From NCBI GenBank assembly GCA_038532285.1, contig JBCBAV010000002.1, positions 2,679 through 66,678 of the forward strand: a DNA stretch of 64,000 bases, given 5' to 3'. Shown in pieces: positions 1 to 9,676 of this stretch. Both the position numbers and the translations under genes were made by a program. The DNA comes from Pseudomonadota bacterium. GTDB taxonomy: Bacteria; Pseudomonadota; Alphaproteobacteria; Rhodobacterales; Rhodobacteraceae. How positions within the stretch are numbered: the stretch's first letter is position 1; each line of letters starts with the position of its first letter. The notes under the pieces were generated by a model. That model did no database searches, was not told the origin of the DNA, and saw nothing but the letters and a program-made list of their open reading frames with translations.

Positions 1-376
1 TCTGGTACATCGGGAACATCGCGCAGGAGCCGGTCATCTGCAGACCGGGTGCGATCGGGTTGGTGCCCTGCAGCGATTCCGCGGCCGGACCCATCGTGGT
101 CATGCCGAACTGTGCGTCGCCGGTGTGCACCAGCGCCATGTTCTGCATGGGACCACCGGTGACTTCGCCGCCGCCCGACAGGCCCAGCTCTTCGGCGACA
201 AGGTTCGCCCAGCCCGACCCGTAGGCAAAGTATGTGCCGCCTTGCGACGCCGTGCCAACGGTAAAGCTCTCGGGCCAGCCGGTGCGGTCCTGATGGCCGT
301 CGGCCAGGGCCACGCCCGCGCTGAGTGTGGTCGCGACAACCGCGGCGGTGAACCGCGTGAACGCTGTGTATTGCAT
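1..376 (-). CDS. TRAP transporter solute receptor, TAXI family (first 125 codons; gene runs off the left edge)
   Basis: Absent from the ORF track because it has no stop in the window. Reverse complement from ATG at 376 (GGAGGA at 381-386) reads MQYTAFTRFTAAVVATTLSAGVALADGHQDRTGWPESFTVGTASQGGTYFAYGSGWANLVAEELG... This shows a signal peptide plus the GGTYxxxG segment typical of TAXI receptors. Confidence 0.7.
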   Translation of the reverse strand, partial: MQYTAFTRFTAAVVATTLSAGVALADGHQDRTGWPESFTVGTASQGGTYFAYGSGWANLVAEELGLSGGGEVTGGPMQNMALVHTGDAQFGMTTMGPAAESLQGTNPIAPGLQMTGSCAMFPMYQ

Positions 377-578
377 GTGATCCTCCAATTTTATCTCCCG
401 GATTTATGCTCAGCACCTCCTCCAAGGGGTGCTGTCCGGTGTCACCTAGTTTTAGGCGTGCGGAAAACTACAGTGATGCGCCGGGGATGCTCAAGAGCAA
501 AACTGGCCCCAAGGCGCGGCACCCGCCGAACTTTTTGTGAGTGCCGCGAATGACCGCAAGAACGACGGGGAGCGCCAT

Positions 579-1652
579 ATGCGCCAACATAAGATTGCCG
601 CCATCCCCGCCGACGGGATTGGACCCGAGGTGATTGCTGCCGGATTGCACGTGCTTGACGCGCTCGCGGCGCGCGAGGCCGATGTGGCGTTTGACGTGAC
701 CCGGTTCGACTGGGGATCAGATTTTTTCAGGCGCCACGGCGTCATGATGCCCGACGACGGGCTGGACCAGCTAAAACCCTTTGACGCGATCTTTTTCGGG
801 GCTGTGGGCGCGCCAGACGTGCCGGATCACGTGACGCTCTGGGGCCTGCGCCTGCCGATTTGTCAGGGGTTTGACCAATACGCAAATGTGCGCCCCACCC
901 GCATCCTGCCCGGCGTGCGCGCCCCGCTTGCAGGTGTTGGACCAGGCGATCTCGACTGGGTCATCGTGCGCGAAAACTCCGAAGGGGAATACGCAGGCCA
1001 CGGCGGGCGCGCCCATCGCGGCCTGCCCGAGGAGGTCGCGACCGAAACCGCGATTTTCACCCGCGTGGGCGTCACCCGGATCATGCGCTATGCCTTTGCG
1101 CAGGCCGCGTCGCGTCCGCGCAAGCATCTGACCGTGGTGACAAAATCCAACGCCCAGCGGCACGGGCTGGTGATGTGGGACGAGATCGCCGCCGAGGTGG
1201 CGGCCGAATTTGCCGATGTCAACTGGGACAAGGAACTGGTCGACGCGATGACCGTGCGTATGGTCAAACGCCCCGCCAGCATCGACACCGTCGTGGCCAC
1301 CAACCTGCACGCCGACATCCTGTCGGACCTCGCGGGCGCGCTGGCCGGGTCGCTGGGGGTGGCCCCCACCGCCAACATCAACCCCGAACGCCGCTTTCCG
1401 TCGATGTTCGAACCGATCCACGGCTCGGCCTTTGACATTACAGGCCAAGGGATCGCCAACCCCGTGGCCACGTTCTGGACCGCCAGCCAGATGCTCAACC
1501 ACCTCGGCGAGGCGAGCGCCGCTGCCCGCCTGATGCGCGCGGTAGAACAGGTGTGTGCAAGCGGCATCCTGACCCCTGACGTGGGCGGCACCGCCACCAC
1601 CAAAGACGTCACTGACGCCGTTTGCGAAGCGATCCGCGCCGACAACGCCTGA
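579..1652 (+). CDS. Tartrate dehydrogenase/decarboxylase-type enzyme (isocitrate/isopropylmalate dehydrogenase superfamily)
   Basis: Track ORF 537..1652. The in-frame ATG at 579 is preceded by GGGGAG. KIAAIPADGIGPEV N-terminus and NLHADILSDLAGALAGSLG segment. At 357 aa it fits tartrate/D-malate dehydrogenases. Confidence 0.75.
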   Translation: MRQHKIAAIPADGIGPEVIAAGLHVLDALAAREADVAFDVTRFDWGSDFFRRHGVMMPDDGLDQLKPFDAIFFGAVGAPDVPDHVTLWGLRLPICQGFDQYANVRPTRILPGVRAPLAGVGPGDLDWVIVRENSEGEYAGHGGRAHRGLPEEVATETAIFTRVGVTRIMRYAFAQAASRPRKHLTVVTKSNAQRHGLVMWDEIAAEVAAEFADVNWDKELVDAMTVRMVKRPASIDTVVATNLHADILSDLAGALAGSLGVAPTANINPERRFPSMFEPIHGSAFDITGQGIANPVATFWTASQMLNHLGEASAAARLMRAVEQVCASGILTPDVGGTATTKDVTDAVCEAIRADNA

Positions 1653-1751
1653 CCCCATCCCCGGCATTTTCTGGGACTGCCGGTTGCACTGTTGCCAATT
1701 CTGTTCAAAGCTTGAGCCAAGGGGAAGAACCCCAAGAACAGGGAGTGCAAC

Positions 1752-3335
1752 ATGAACACCTATCTCGATTACCTCAAAGTCCGTGCGGCCTTGGGCCAGA
1801 TGTCACGACGCGAATTCATCGGTCGCGCCATGGCGCTGGGTCTGACGGCGGCGGCGGCAAACACGATGCTGGCCAGCGCGGTGCGCGCGGCTGGCCCGCA
1901 AACCGGCGGCACGTTGCGCATGGGTCTGCAGGGGGGTGCCACCACCGACAGCCTCGACCCCGCGCTCGCCGCCAACCAGACCGCGCTGTCCGTGACGCGC
2001 CTCTGGGGGGAATCGCTGGTGGAGCTGTCCGACGACGGCGGCATCCGCGGCCTTGTCGCCGAAAGCTATGAAAGCTCGCCCGATGCGGCCACATGGCGGT
2101 TCAAGATCCGCTCCGGCATCACCTTCTCCAACGGTCAGGCCGTCACTGCCGAGGACGCCGTGAAATCGCTCCAGCGCCATTCGGGCGAGGACACCAAATC
2201 CGGCGCGCTCGGCATCATGCGGTCGGTCAAGAACGTGTCCGCCGATGGTGACAACGTGGTTGTGGAACTCGACGGCCCCAATGCCGACCTGCCCTACCTG
2301 ATGGCCGACTATCACCTGATCGTGCAGCCGGGTGGCGGCATGGATGACCCCGCCGCAGGCATCGGCACCGGACCTTATGTCCTGAAAGAGATCGACATGG
2401 GCGTCCGCTTTGTCGCGGAGAAAAACCCAAATTACTGGGGCGACTACGGCTATGCGGGTATCATCGAACTGATCGTGATCAATGACAACACAGCCCGTGT
2501 GGCCGCCCTGCAATCGGGCCAGGTTGACATGATCGACCGTGTCCCGCCCAAGACCGCAGGCCTTGTCGCGCGCGCGCCCACGATCAACGTGCACCGCACC
2601 GCAGGCCCCGGCCACTATGTGTTCATCGCGCACACCAACACGGCGCCGTTCGACAACCCCGACCTGATGCTGGCGCTGAAATACGGTATCAACCGGCAGG
2701 AAATGGTGGACAAGATCCTGTTCGGCTACGGCTCGGTCGGCAACGACACCCCGATCAACGCAGCCTATCCCTATTTTACGCAGCTTGAGCAACGTGAATA
2801 CGATCCCGACAAGGCCAAGTTTCACTTTGACAAATCGGGCCACGACGGGTCGGTGCTGCTGCGCACATCGGAAAACTCGTTCCCCGGCGCGCCCGATGCC
2901 GCCGCCCTGTTCCAGCAGTCGCTGGCCAGCGCAGGTGTCCCGCTTGAGATCAAGCGAGAGCCCAACGACGGCTACTGGTCCGAGGTCTGGAACAAGCAGC
3001 CGTTCTGCACATCCTACTGGGGCGGACGGCCGACACAGGACCAGATGTTCACCACGGCCTACCTGTCCACGGCGGACTGGAACGACACGCGGTTCAACAA
3101 CTCGCAGTTTGACGACCTGCTGTTCTCGGCCCGCGCCGAACTGGACGACGCCCGCCGGACGCAGATGTATGCCGACATGGGCAGCATCCTGCACAACACC
3201 GGCGGCCTGATCTGCCCGATGTTCAACGACTTTGTCGACGCCACATCGGACAAGATCGAAGGCTGGCAGGACGATACCGCGGGCTTTGCCCTGATGAACG
3301 GCTATGCGCCGATGCGGATGTGGGTAAAGGCCTAA
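1752..3335 (+). CDS. ABC transporter substrate-binding protein, family 5 (peptide/opine/nickel type)
   Basis: 527 aa with the twin-arginine-like leader SRREFIGRAMALGLTAAAA. CAGGGAG lies 7 nt upstream of the ATG. It is followed by two permease genes and a fused ATPase gene. Confidence 0.85.
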   Translation: MNTYLDYLKVRAALGQMSRREFIGRAMALGLTAAAANTMLASAVRAAGPQTGGTLRMGLQGGATTDSLDPALAANQTALSVTRLWGESLVELSDDGGIRGLVAESYESSPDAATWRFKIRSGITFSNGQAVTAEDAVKSLQRHSGEDTKSGALGIMRSVKNVSADGDNVVVELDGPNADLPYLMADYHLIVQPGGGMDDPAAGIGTGPYVLKEIDMGVRFVAEKNPNYWGDYGYAGIIELIVINDNTARVAALQSGQVDMIDRVPPKTAGLVARAPTINVHRTAGPGHYVFIAHTNTAPFDNPDLMLALKYGINRQEMVDKILFGYGSVGNDTPINAAYPYFTQLEQREYDPDKAKFHFDKSGHDGSVLLRTSENSFPGAPDAAALFQQSLASAGVPLEIKREPNDGYWSEVWNKQPFCTSYWGGRPTQDQMFTTAYLSTADWNDTRFNNSQFDDLLFSARAELDDARRTQMYADMGSILHNTGGLICPMFNDFVDATSDKIEGWQDDTAGFALMNGYAPMRMWVKA

Positions 3336-3339
3336 GCCC

Positions 3340-4299
3340 TTGTCATCACTCTTGAAACTTCTCGCCCAGCGCATTGCGCTGGGCGTGCTTCTGCTGTTTC
3401 TCGTGTCCATCCTGATCTTTGTGGGCACGATCATCCTGCCGGGTGATGTGGCCGAATCCATCCTCGGCCAATCCGCAACGCCCGAGGCGCTGGAAAACAT
3501 CCGCCGCGATCTGGGCCTGAATGACCCGCCGGTGCAACGCTACTTTGCTTGGCTCGGCGGCGCGCTGACCGGAGACCTTGGAACCGCGCTCACCTCAGGC
3601 CAGGAGATTGCACCTGTGCTGGGCGCGCGCATGGCCAATACGCTGTTCCTTGCGTTCTGGGCGGCGGTCATCTCTGTCCCGCTGGCGATCTTCCTCGGCC
3701 TTCTCGCCGTGCGCTATCGCGAGCGCTGGCCCGATAAGCTGATTTCGGGCGCGACGCTGGCGTCGATCTCGGTGCCGGAATTCCTGATTGGCTACATCCT
3801 GATGTTCGTCGTGGGGGTAAAACTAGGCTGGTTCCCCTCTACCGCCATCGGCTTTCGACCCGACGCGCCCGTGCTGGACAAGCTGCACGCCATCGCGATC
3901 CCGGTCATGGTGCTGACGCTGGTGGTGCTGGCGCACATGATGCGCATGACCCGCGCCGCGATCCTGAACGTGATGCAATCGGCCTATGTCGAAACCGCCG
4001 AGCTCAAGGGCTTGGGCATGTTCACGATCATCTGGCGGCATGCGTTCCCGAACTCCATCGCGCCCATCGTGAACGTGGTGATGCTGAACCTGGCCTACCT
4101 CGTTGTTGGCGTCGTGGTGGTTGAGGTGGTGTTCGTCTACCCGGGCATGGGGCAGTACCTGGTGGATCACGTGTCCAAGCGTGACGTACCGGTGGTGCAG
4201 GCCTGCGGGTTGATATTTGCCGCCGTCTATATCGGGCTGAACCTTGTCGCGGACATCGTGTCGATCCTCGCCAATCCTCGGCTAAGGCATCCAAAATGA
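3340..4299 (+). CDS. ABC transporter permease (DppB/OppB-like)
   Basis: 319 aa polytopic membrane protein in an ABC operon. The start is TTG at 3340 (an alternative TTG lies at 3352); there is no ATG nearby. Confidence 0.8.
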   Translation: MSSLLKLLAQRIALGVLLLFLVSILIFVGTIILPGDVAESILGQSATPEALENIRRDLGLNDPPVQRYFAWLGGALTGDLGTALTSGQEIAPVLGARMANTLFLAFWAAVISVPLAIFLGLLAVRYRERWPDKLISGATLASISVPEFLIGYILMFVVGVKLGWFPSTAIGFRPDAPVLDKLHAIAIPVMVLTLVVLAHMMRMTRAAILNVMQSAYVETAELKGLGMFTIIWRHAFPNSIAPIVNVVMLNLAYLVVGVVVVEVVFVYPGMGQYLVDHVSKRDVPVVQACGLIFAAVYIGLNLVADIVSILANPRLRHPK

Positions 4300-4408
4300 C
4301 GTGCCGAAACAAGTTTCACCACGTCATTTCGTGCGGACAGAGCGGGTTTCAATCAGAAACACGCGGAGTCCGGCACCCCTTCGATCCTCCGGGCGCTGGA
4401 GGCCGGTC

Positions 4409-5224
4409 ATGAAAAACATTTCTCTTGCTGCGGGCCTTGGCCTGTTCTTTACGGCGGCGTTTTTCCTCATGGCGCTCTTCGCGCCGCTCATCGCCCCGTA
4501 CGGCATGGCCGAGGTCGTGGGCGGCGTGTGGGAGCCTGCGTCGGACAAGTTTCTTCTGGGCACCGACAGCATCGGGCGCGACCTGCTGAGCCGCCTGATC
4601 TATGGCGGGCGCACCACGATTTTCATCGCGACTGCCGCCACTTTGCTCAGCTTTTCGTTGGGCTCGGTCCTCGGGTTTTTGGCAGCCGTCATGGGCGGTT
4701 GGGTGGATCAGGTACTGTCGCGCTTTGTCGATCTGCTGATGTCGATCCCGTCGCTGATCTTTGCGCTAGTCGTGCTGTCGGTGATGCCGGTGACCGTGCT
4801 GGTGCTGATCCTTGTCATGGGCCTCCTGGACGCTACGCGAGTCTACCGATTGGCGCGCGCGGTGGCGGTGGACATCAACGTCATGGATTACGTCGAAGCG
4901 GCGACGCTGCGCGGGGAAGGACGGGCATGGATCATCTTTCGCGAGATCCTCCCCAACGCATTGTCGCCGCTCGTGGCTGAAATGGGATTGCGGTTTATTT
5001 TCATGGTCTTGTTCGTCTCGACCTTGTCGTTTCTCGGCCTGGGCGTACAACCGCCGCAGGCCGATTGGGGCGGGATCGTGAAGGAAAACGCCGAAGGGAT
5101 CGTCTATGGCATCGGGGCCGCGTTGTGGCCCGCGGTGGCGATTGCGACGCTGGCGATTTCGGTGAACCTCGTGGCGGACTGGGTGCTGAACCGGACCACG
5201 TCTTTGAAAGGGGGTCGGGGATGA
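4409..5224 (+). CDS. ABC transporter permease (DppC/OppC-like)
   Basis: Track ORF 4301..5224. I prefer the ATG at 4409 (MKNISLAAGLGLFF...) because GGAGG lies 7 nt upstream. Hydrophobic, with an EAA-loop-like segment EAATLRGEGRAWIIFREILPN. Confidence 0.85.
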   Translation: MKNISLAAGLGLFFTAAFFLMALFAPLIAPYGMAEVVGGVWEPASDKFLLGTDSIGRDLLSRLIYGGRTTIFIATAATLLSFSLGSVLGFLAAVMGGWVDQVLSRFVDLLMSIPSLIFALVVLSVMPVTVLVLILVMGLLDATRVYRLARAVAVDINVMDYVEAATLRGEGRAWIIFREILPNALSPLVAEMGLRFIFMVLFVSTLSFLGLGVQPPQADWGGIVKENAEGIVYGIGAALWPAVAIATLAISVNLVADWVLNRTTSLKGGRG

Positions 5225-6894
5225 ACAGGCCCTCAAGTAGCGAAGCGGTAGAGCCCGATCGAGAGCCACTTCTGAAAGTGCGCGATCTTAAGATCGGCGC
5301 GACCGTCTATCCGCCCGGACAAAAGCCGCATGACATCGAGATCGTGCACGGTGTGTCCTTTGACCTGCAACCCGGTAAGGTTTTGGGATTGATCGGAGAA
5401 TCCGGCGCGGGCAAGTCCACGATTGGCCTCGCCTCCATGGCCTACGGTCGTGGCGGGGTTGAGATCACCGGTGGTGAAGTGTGGGTCAACGGGCGCGATA
5501 TTCTGGCCACCACGACGGGCGATGTGAAGCGGCTGCGGGGGGGTGAGGTGACGTATGTGTCGCAGTCTGCGGCGGCGTCGTTCAATCCTGCGAAGCGGAT
5601 TTTGGAGCAGGTGGTTGAGGCGGCGGTGCGGCATGGGAAGCTGAGCCGCAAGCAGGCCGAGGCCAAGGCGATTTTATTGTTTGAAAAGCTGGGGTTACCG
5701 GATCCGGCGAATATCGGGAAGCGGTATCCGCATCAGGTGTCAGGCGGGCAGTTGCAGCGGTGCATGACGGCGCTTGCGTTGTGTCCGGACCCAGATCTTG
5801 TGGTTTTTGACGAACCGACCACTGCGCTGGACGTCACCACGCAAATCGACGTGCTGATGGCGATCAAGGAAGCGATCCGCGACACCGGCGTCGCGGCGAT
5901 CTATATCACACATGATCTTGCGGTTGTGGCGCAGGTCAGCGACGACATCATGGTGCTGAAGATGGGTGAGACGGTCGAATACGGCCCCACCGACCAGATC
6001 ATCAATGCCCCGCAGGAAGCGTATACGCAGGCGCTGGTGTCGGTGCGGTCGATCCAGCACGAGGAGAAGGCGCCGACGCCCGATCCGGTGCTGCGCGTGT
6101 CGGGTGTCACGGCGCGGTACAGGGGGCTGAGCTTTGACGTTCTGCGGGACGTATCAGTCGACGTGCATCCGGGCCAAACCCTTGCCGTTGTTGGCGAATC
6201 CGGGTCGGGCAAGTCGACGCTGGCGCGTGCGATCACCGGCCTTTTGCCGCCCTCGGCGGGGCGGATCGAATTTGCCGGGCGCACCCTGTCGCCGGATCAG
6301 CAGAGCCGCAGCAAGGAGGATCTGCGCGAGTTGCAGATGATCTACCAGATGGCGGATGTGGCGATGAACCCGCGCCAAACGGTGGGCACGATCATCGGGC
6401 GGCCGCTGGAGTTCTACTTTGGCCTGCGCGGGGCAGAGAAGCGCAAGCGGATCAAGGAGCTGCTGGACGAGATCGAGATGGGCGACGGGTTCATCGACCG
6501 CTATCCCGCTGAACTGTCCGGCGGGCAGAAACAGCGGGTGTGCATCGCCCGCGCACTGGCGGCCAACCCCAAGCTGATCATCTGTGACGAGGTGACCAGC
6601 GCGCTTGATCCTCTGGTTGCAGATGGCATCCTGAAGCTGTTGTTAAATCTACAGAAAATCGAAGGCGTGTCGTACCTGTTCATCACCCACGATCTGGCCA
6701 CGGTGCGCAGCATCGCCGACAGTATCGCGGTGATGTATCAAGGCGAAGTGGTGCGCTATGGCCCCAAATCGCAAGTGCTGGCGCCGCCCTTTGATGACTA
6801 TACCGATCTGCTGCTGAGCTCGGTGCCGGAGATGCGGTTGGGCTGGCTGGAAGAGGTGATCGCCACCCGCAAGATGGAGAGTGCCGGCAACTAG
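5221..6894 (+). CDS. ABC transporter ATP-binding protein with two fused ATPase domains (DppD/DppF-like)
   Basis: ATG at 5221 overlaps the upstream TGA (ATGA). Two Walker A motifs (GESGAGKST, GESGSGKST) and two signature motifs (VSGGQLQR, LSGGQKQR). Confidence 0.9.
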   Translation: MNRPSSSEAVEPDREPLLKVRDLKIGATVYPPGQKPHDIEIVHGVSFDLQPGKVLGLIGESGAGKSTIGLASMAYGRGGVEITGGEVWVNGRDILATTTGDVKRLRGGEVTYVSQSAAASFNPAKRILEQVVEAAVRHGKLSRKQAEAKAILLFEKLGLPDPANIGKRYPHQVSGGQLQRCMTALALCPDPDLVVFDEPTTALDVTTQIDVLMAIKEAIRDTGVAAIYITHDLAVVAQVSDDIMVLKMGETVEYGPTDQIINAPQEAYTQALVSVRSIQHEEKAPTPDPVLRVSGVTARYRGLSFDVLRDVSVDVHPGQTLAVVGESGSGKSTLARAITGLLPPSAGRIEFAGRTLSPDQQSRSKEDLRELQMIYQMADVAMNPRQTVGTIIGRPLEFYFGLRGAEKRKRIKELLDEIEMGDGFIDRYPAELSGGQKQRVCIARALAANPKLIICDEVTSALDPLVADGILKLLLNLQKIEGVSYLFITHDLATVRSIADSIAVMYQGEVVRYGPKSQVLAPPFDDYTDLLLSSVPEMRLGWLEEVIATRKMESAGN

Positions 6895-6920
6895 ATGTTG
6901 TGGTGGCGCGTTTTGCGACC

Positions 6921-6961
6921 CGGCCCTCCGGGGGCGGTTTATTTGGCGAAATGAAGATTGG
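6921..6961 (+). repeat. Dispersed intergenic repeat, copy A (cggccctccgggggcggtttatttggcgaaatgaagattgg)
   Basis: Identical 41/41 to 11243-11283. The core gcggtttatNtggcNaaNtgaag also occurs at 11190-11212 and, inverted, at 22905-22943. Confidence 0.85.
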
Positions 6962-7006
6962 ATCGTACGCCGCGGTTAACGGGGCGTGCGGTGGTGGTGA
7001 TTGCGG

Positions 7007-7114
7007 GTTTTGATGAAAACGGGCCGGGTTTTGTACAAAACGCGGGCTGGTTTCGGGGCGGATTTGGCCCTGTTTTGGCGTTTTGTTCAAAATGGGGGCT
7101 GTTTTGTACAAAAC
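7007..7114. repeat. Array of four 14-bp AT-rich palindromes (GTTTTG-N2-CAAAAC), arranged as two 2-site modules
   Basis: gttttgatgaaaac 7007-7020; gttttgtacaaaac 7028-7041 (perfect palindrome); gttttgttcaaaat 7080-7093; gttttgtacaaaac 7101-7114 (perfect palindrome). Centre spacing is 21, 52 and 21 bp. It lies between two convergent gene ends. Confidence 0.8.
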
Positions 7115-7202
7115 GGCGCGGTGGTGCGCATTAACGGGGTGTTAGGGCTTTGCGTTTGTTAAGGATTGGGCGGGCACGTTTACGTTTCTTTGGGATTTGG
7201 GC

Positions 7203-9209
7203 CTAGACGAGGTCGCGGGGGATGTCTTCGGACCAGTTTTGGCTGTGGACCGTGCCGTCCTGATCTGTCGCATTCAGAGTGGCGGTGATCTGCCAGACCT
7301 CGCGCAGGGCGGCGACGGTCACGGTGGTTTCGACCTGCGCATGCCAATCGTCGCGGGCGTAGGATTTGAGCCAGTGGATCGTGGCGCGCGCGCTGTTGGG
7401 ATCGTCCGGGTGGATGTCGAACCGTTCGGAGAAAGCATTGCGCACGACAAGGCCGGTGTGCAGGTGGCGTTCTGCGCCGCTGTCGGCCTCGGTCAGGTGC
7501 GTCTCGACCCCGGTGATGAGGTTGGTGGTGTGGGTGCGGGTGCGCGTGCCTTGGGTGAGCTGTTCGGTTTGCAGGGGCGTGGCGCCTTGCGCTGGGGCGA
7601 AGGGCGCGAGGGTTTCGTCCTCGGGGCGCGAGGGGCGCAGGGGGAGGTCGAGTTTCATGTTTTCGAGCGTGAGGGTGGCGGCGGTTTGCGATGGCCAGAT
7701 GATCGGCCAGTAGGACGTGGCGAGTGACAGGCGCAGGCGCTGGCCCGCGGCGATGCGCTGACCGCAGGCGTTGAGTTGCATTGTGATGTCCTGGGGGTCG
7801 CCCGGGGGCATGGGTTCGGGGTGCGCGTGGCTGTGCCGGTGCGCGAGGTTCAGCACGCCGTAGCTGATGAGCGTGGCGCGGCCCTGATCGTCCACCGCCG
7901 AGAGGACGGCGGCGAGGTTGGCTTGCGGGGCGTCGGAGGTGATGCGCGCGTGGAGAATGGGAAAGCCGAGGAGCGTGAGGTCTTCGCCGAGTGGCGCGGT
8001 CTCGTAAGACGTCATCAGGCCCGCCTCGCCCATCTGGTCGGCGGCGGCGTCGGGGACGAGGCCGTAGCCGAACCATGCGCCCGCGGTCCAGCCTGCGGTC
8101 TGCGGGGCGGCGAGCGTGATGGGTGCCTGCTGCCCCGCTGTGCTCAGGCCCTCTGGCCCCGGGTGCAGGGTTTGGGTGGTGATCGCCGTGCCGTGCCATG
8201 CGGGTTCGGCGACCCATGTGCCGGGCCACGTGGCGCGGTAGGTGCGCGGGCGGTCAGGCTCTTGCATCCAGGCGCGCAGCATCGGTTCGGCCATGATGCC
8301 GGTGTCGATGCCCTTGAGGTGGTGGTCCCACCATCGCAAGGCCTCTTGCAGGAAGCCGATCTGGGGGCCCGGTTTGGCGAAGTGGGGGTACTTGTGCGCC
8401 CAGGGGCCGATCAGCCCCTTTTTGGGTCCGGGCAAGTGGTCGAGCGTGCGCAGGACCGCGTTGGTGTAGCCGTCGGCCCAGCCGCCGACCATGTAGACAG
8501 GGATGTCGATGTCGGCGTAATCCTCGCACACGGATCCGTGGGCGTAGAACGCGTCGCGACGCTGGTGGCGGAACCAGTCAAAGAGCCAGCAGCCATTGTT
8601 TTGCAGGCGTTCCAGCCAGAGGTCGCGCCACGCCGCGCCGACGATGGCGGGGTCTGGCGGCGTGTGGGCGATGGAAAAGGCGGTGGCGCCCCAGCGCGCC
8701 TTGTCCGTCAGCACGCAGCCGCCCATGAAGTGGATGTCATCGGCATAGCGGTCGTCGGTGGAGCAGATCGAGATGATGGCACGCAAAGGGGGAGGTCGGC
8801 GGGCGGCGACCTGCAGGCCGTTGAAGCCGCCCCAGGAGATGCCGATCATTCCGACCTGTCCGCTGCACCACGGTTGTTGCGCCAGCCAGTGGATGACGGC
8901 GATGGCGTCGTCCTGTTCCTGGGCGAGGTATTCGCCGAGGCAGACCCCTTCGCTATCACCCGTGCCGCGCATGTCGACGCGGACGCCTGCATAGCCGTGG
9001 CCCGCGAAATAGGGATGCGTGAGGTGGTCGCGTTCGACGGTGCCGTCGCGTTTGCGGTAGGGCAGGTATTCGAGAATGGCGGGAACGGGGTCGTCTTCGG
9101 CGTCGGCGGGCAGCCAGATGCGGGCGGCAAGGCGGGTGCCGTCGGGCATGGGGATCCAGGTGTTTTCGATCTCGCGCACGGGGCGCGGGAAGGTGGTGAT
9201 GTGCTCCAT
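7203..9209 (-). CDS. CocE/NonD family hydrolase (S15 X-Pro dipeptidyl-peptidase-like alpha/beta hydrolase)
   Basis: 668 aa. N-terminus ...IPMPDGTRLAARIWLP...PVPAILEYLPYRKRDGT, nucleophile elbow GISWGG, long C-terminal beta-domain. Confidence 0.8.
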   Translation of the reverse strand: MEHITTFPRPVREIENTWIPMPDGTRLAARIWLPADAEDDPVPAILEYLPYRKRDGTVERDHLTHPYFAGHGYAGVRVDMRGTGDSEGVCLGEYLAQEQDDAIAVIHWLAQQPWCSGQVGMIGISWGGFNGLQVAARRPPPLRAIISICSTDDRYADDIHFMGGCVLTDKARWGATAFSIAHTPPDPAIVGAAWRDLWLERLQNNGCWLFDWFRHQRRDAFYAHGSVCEDYADIDIPVYMVGGWADGYTNAVLRTLDHLPGPKKGLIGPWAHKYPHFAKPGPQIGFLQEALRWWDHHLKGIDTGIMAEPMLRAWMQEPDRPRTYRATWPGTWVAEPAWHGTAITTQTLHPGPEGLSTAGQQAPITLAAPQTAGWTAGAWFGYGLVPDAAADQMGEAGLMTSYETAPLGEDLTLLGFPILHARITSDAPQANLAAVLSAVDDQGRATLISYGVLNLAHRHSHAHPEPMPPGDPQDITMQLNACGQRIAAGQRLRLSLATSYWPIIWPSQTAATLTLENMKLDLPLRPSRPEDETLAPFAPAQGATPLQTEQLTQGTRTRTHTTNLITGVETHLTEADSGAERHLHTGLVVRNAFSERFDIHPDDPNSARATIHWLKSYARDDWHAQVETTVTVAALREVWQITATLNATDQDGTVHSQNWSEDIPRDLV

Positions 9210-9242
9210 TGGGTCCCCTTTTGCCGCCAGAGTATCCGCGTA

Positions 9243-9623
9243 TCAGTCGGTGTCGAGCACCTTGCGGGCGACGCGGAAGCATTCGAGTGCCTGGGGGACG
9301 CCGCAGTAGATGCCGATGACGTGGATGATGGCGCGGATTTCCTCGCGGCTGACGCCGTTGGTGACGGCGCCGCGGCAGTGGATTTCCCATTCGGTCATCT
9401 TGCCCAGCGCGCCGATCATGGCGAGGTTCATCATCGACCGCGTCTTGGCGTCGATGACGTCGTCGCCCCAGCCGAAGCCCCAGCACCAGGCGGTCATCGC
9501 CTCCTGGAACGGACGTGTGAAATCGTCGGCGGCGGCGAGGTTTTTTTCGACATAGGTGGCGCCGAGGGTGGATTTGCGCTGTTCGAGGCCTTTTAGGAAG
9601 AGGTCTTCGTCGAAGGTGGACAT
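9243..9623 (-). CDS. Carboxymuconolactone decarboxylase family protein (PcaC-like)
   Basis: 126 aa. ...TAWCWGFGWGDDVIDAKTRSMMNLAMIGALGK..EWEIHCRGAVTNGVSREEIRAIIHVIGIYCGVP is the typical CMD domain. Confidence 0.8.
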   Translation of the reverse strand: MSTFDEDLFLKGLEQRKSTLGATYVEKNLAAADDFTRPFQEAMTAWCWGFGWGDDVIDAKTRSMMNLAMIGALGKMTEWEIHCRGAVTNGVSREEIRAIIHVIGIYCGVPQALECFRVARKVLDTD

Positions 9624-9676
9624 GTTTTGGGGTTCCTTTTGGTTACTTTAGCCTGATCGGAATACTCTATGCGCGC

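Noticed and set aside
100-553. Track ORFs 100..339 (-) and 125..553 (+)
   Set aside because: They overlap, in other frames, the TAXI receptor gene, which has an RBS, a signal peptide and family motifs. Their translations are Arg/Ala/Pro-rich.
1803-3500. 565-aa minus-strand ORF; similar cases at 7776..9596 (+), 7180..8229 (-), 10052..11143 (+), 12021..12998 (+), 12932..14098 (+), 17455..18594 (-), 18995..20104 (-), 22854..24107 (-), 28017..29351 (+)
   Set aside because: Each lies opposite a gene with strong family motifs and has Arg/Gly/Pro/His-biased, motif-free sequence. I treat them as shadow ORFs.
4300-4408. 110-nt spacer between the two Dpp-type permease genes with an imperfect hairpin (cgtgccgaaacaagtttcaccacg)
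   Set aside because: The stem is short and mismatched with a 2-nt loop. The spacer partly reflects my choice of the ATG at 4409 over the track start at 4301. Not distinctive enough to report.
7064-7079. Sigma-54-like element TGGCCC-N5-TTGGC between the palindrome modules
   Set aside because: The GG and GC dinucleotides have the right 12-nt offset, but the -12 element does not read TTGC(A/T). The site would drive transcription into the 3' end of an antisense gene. This is too weak to claim without TSS data.
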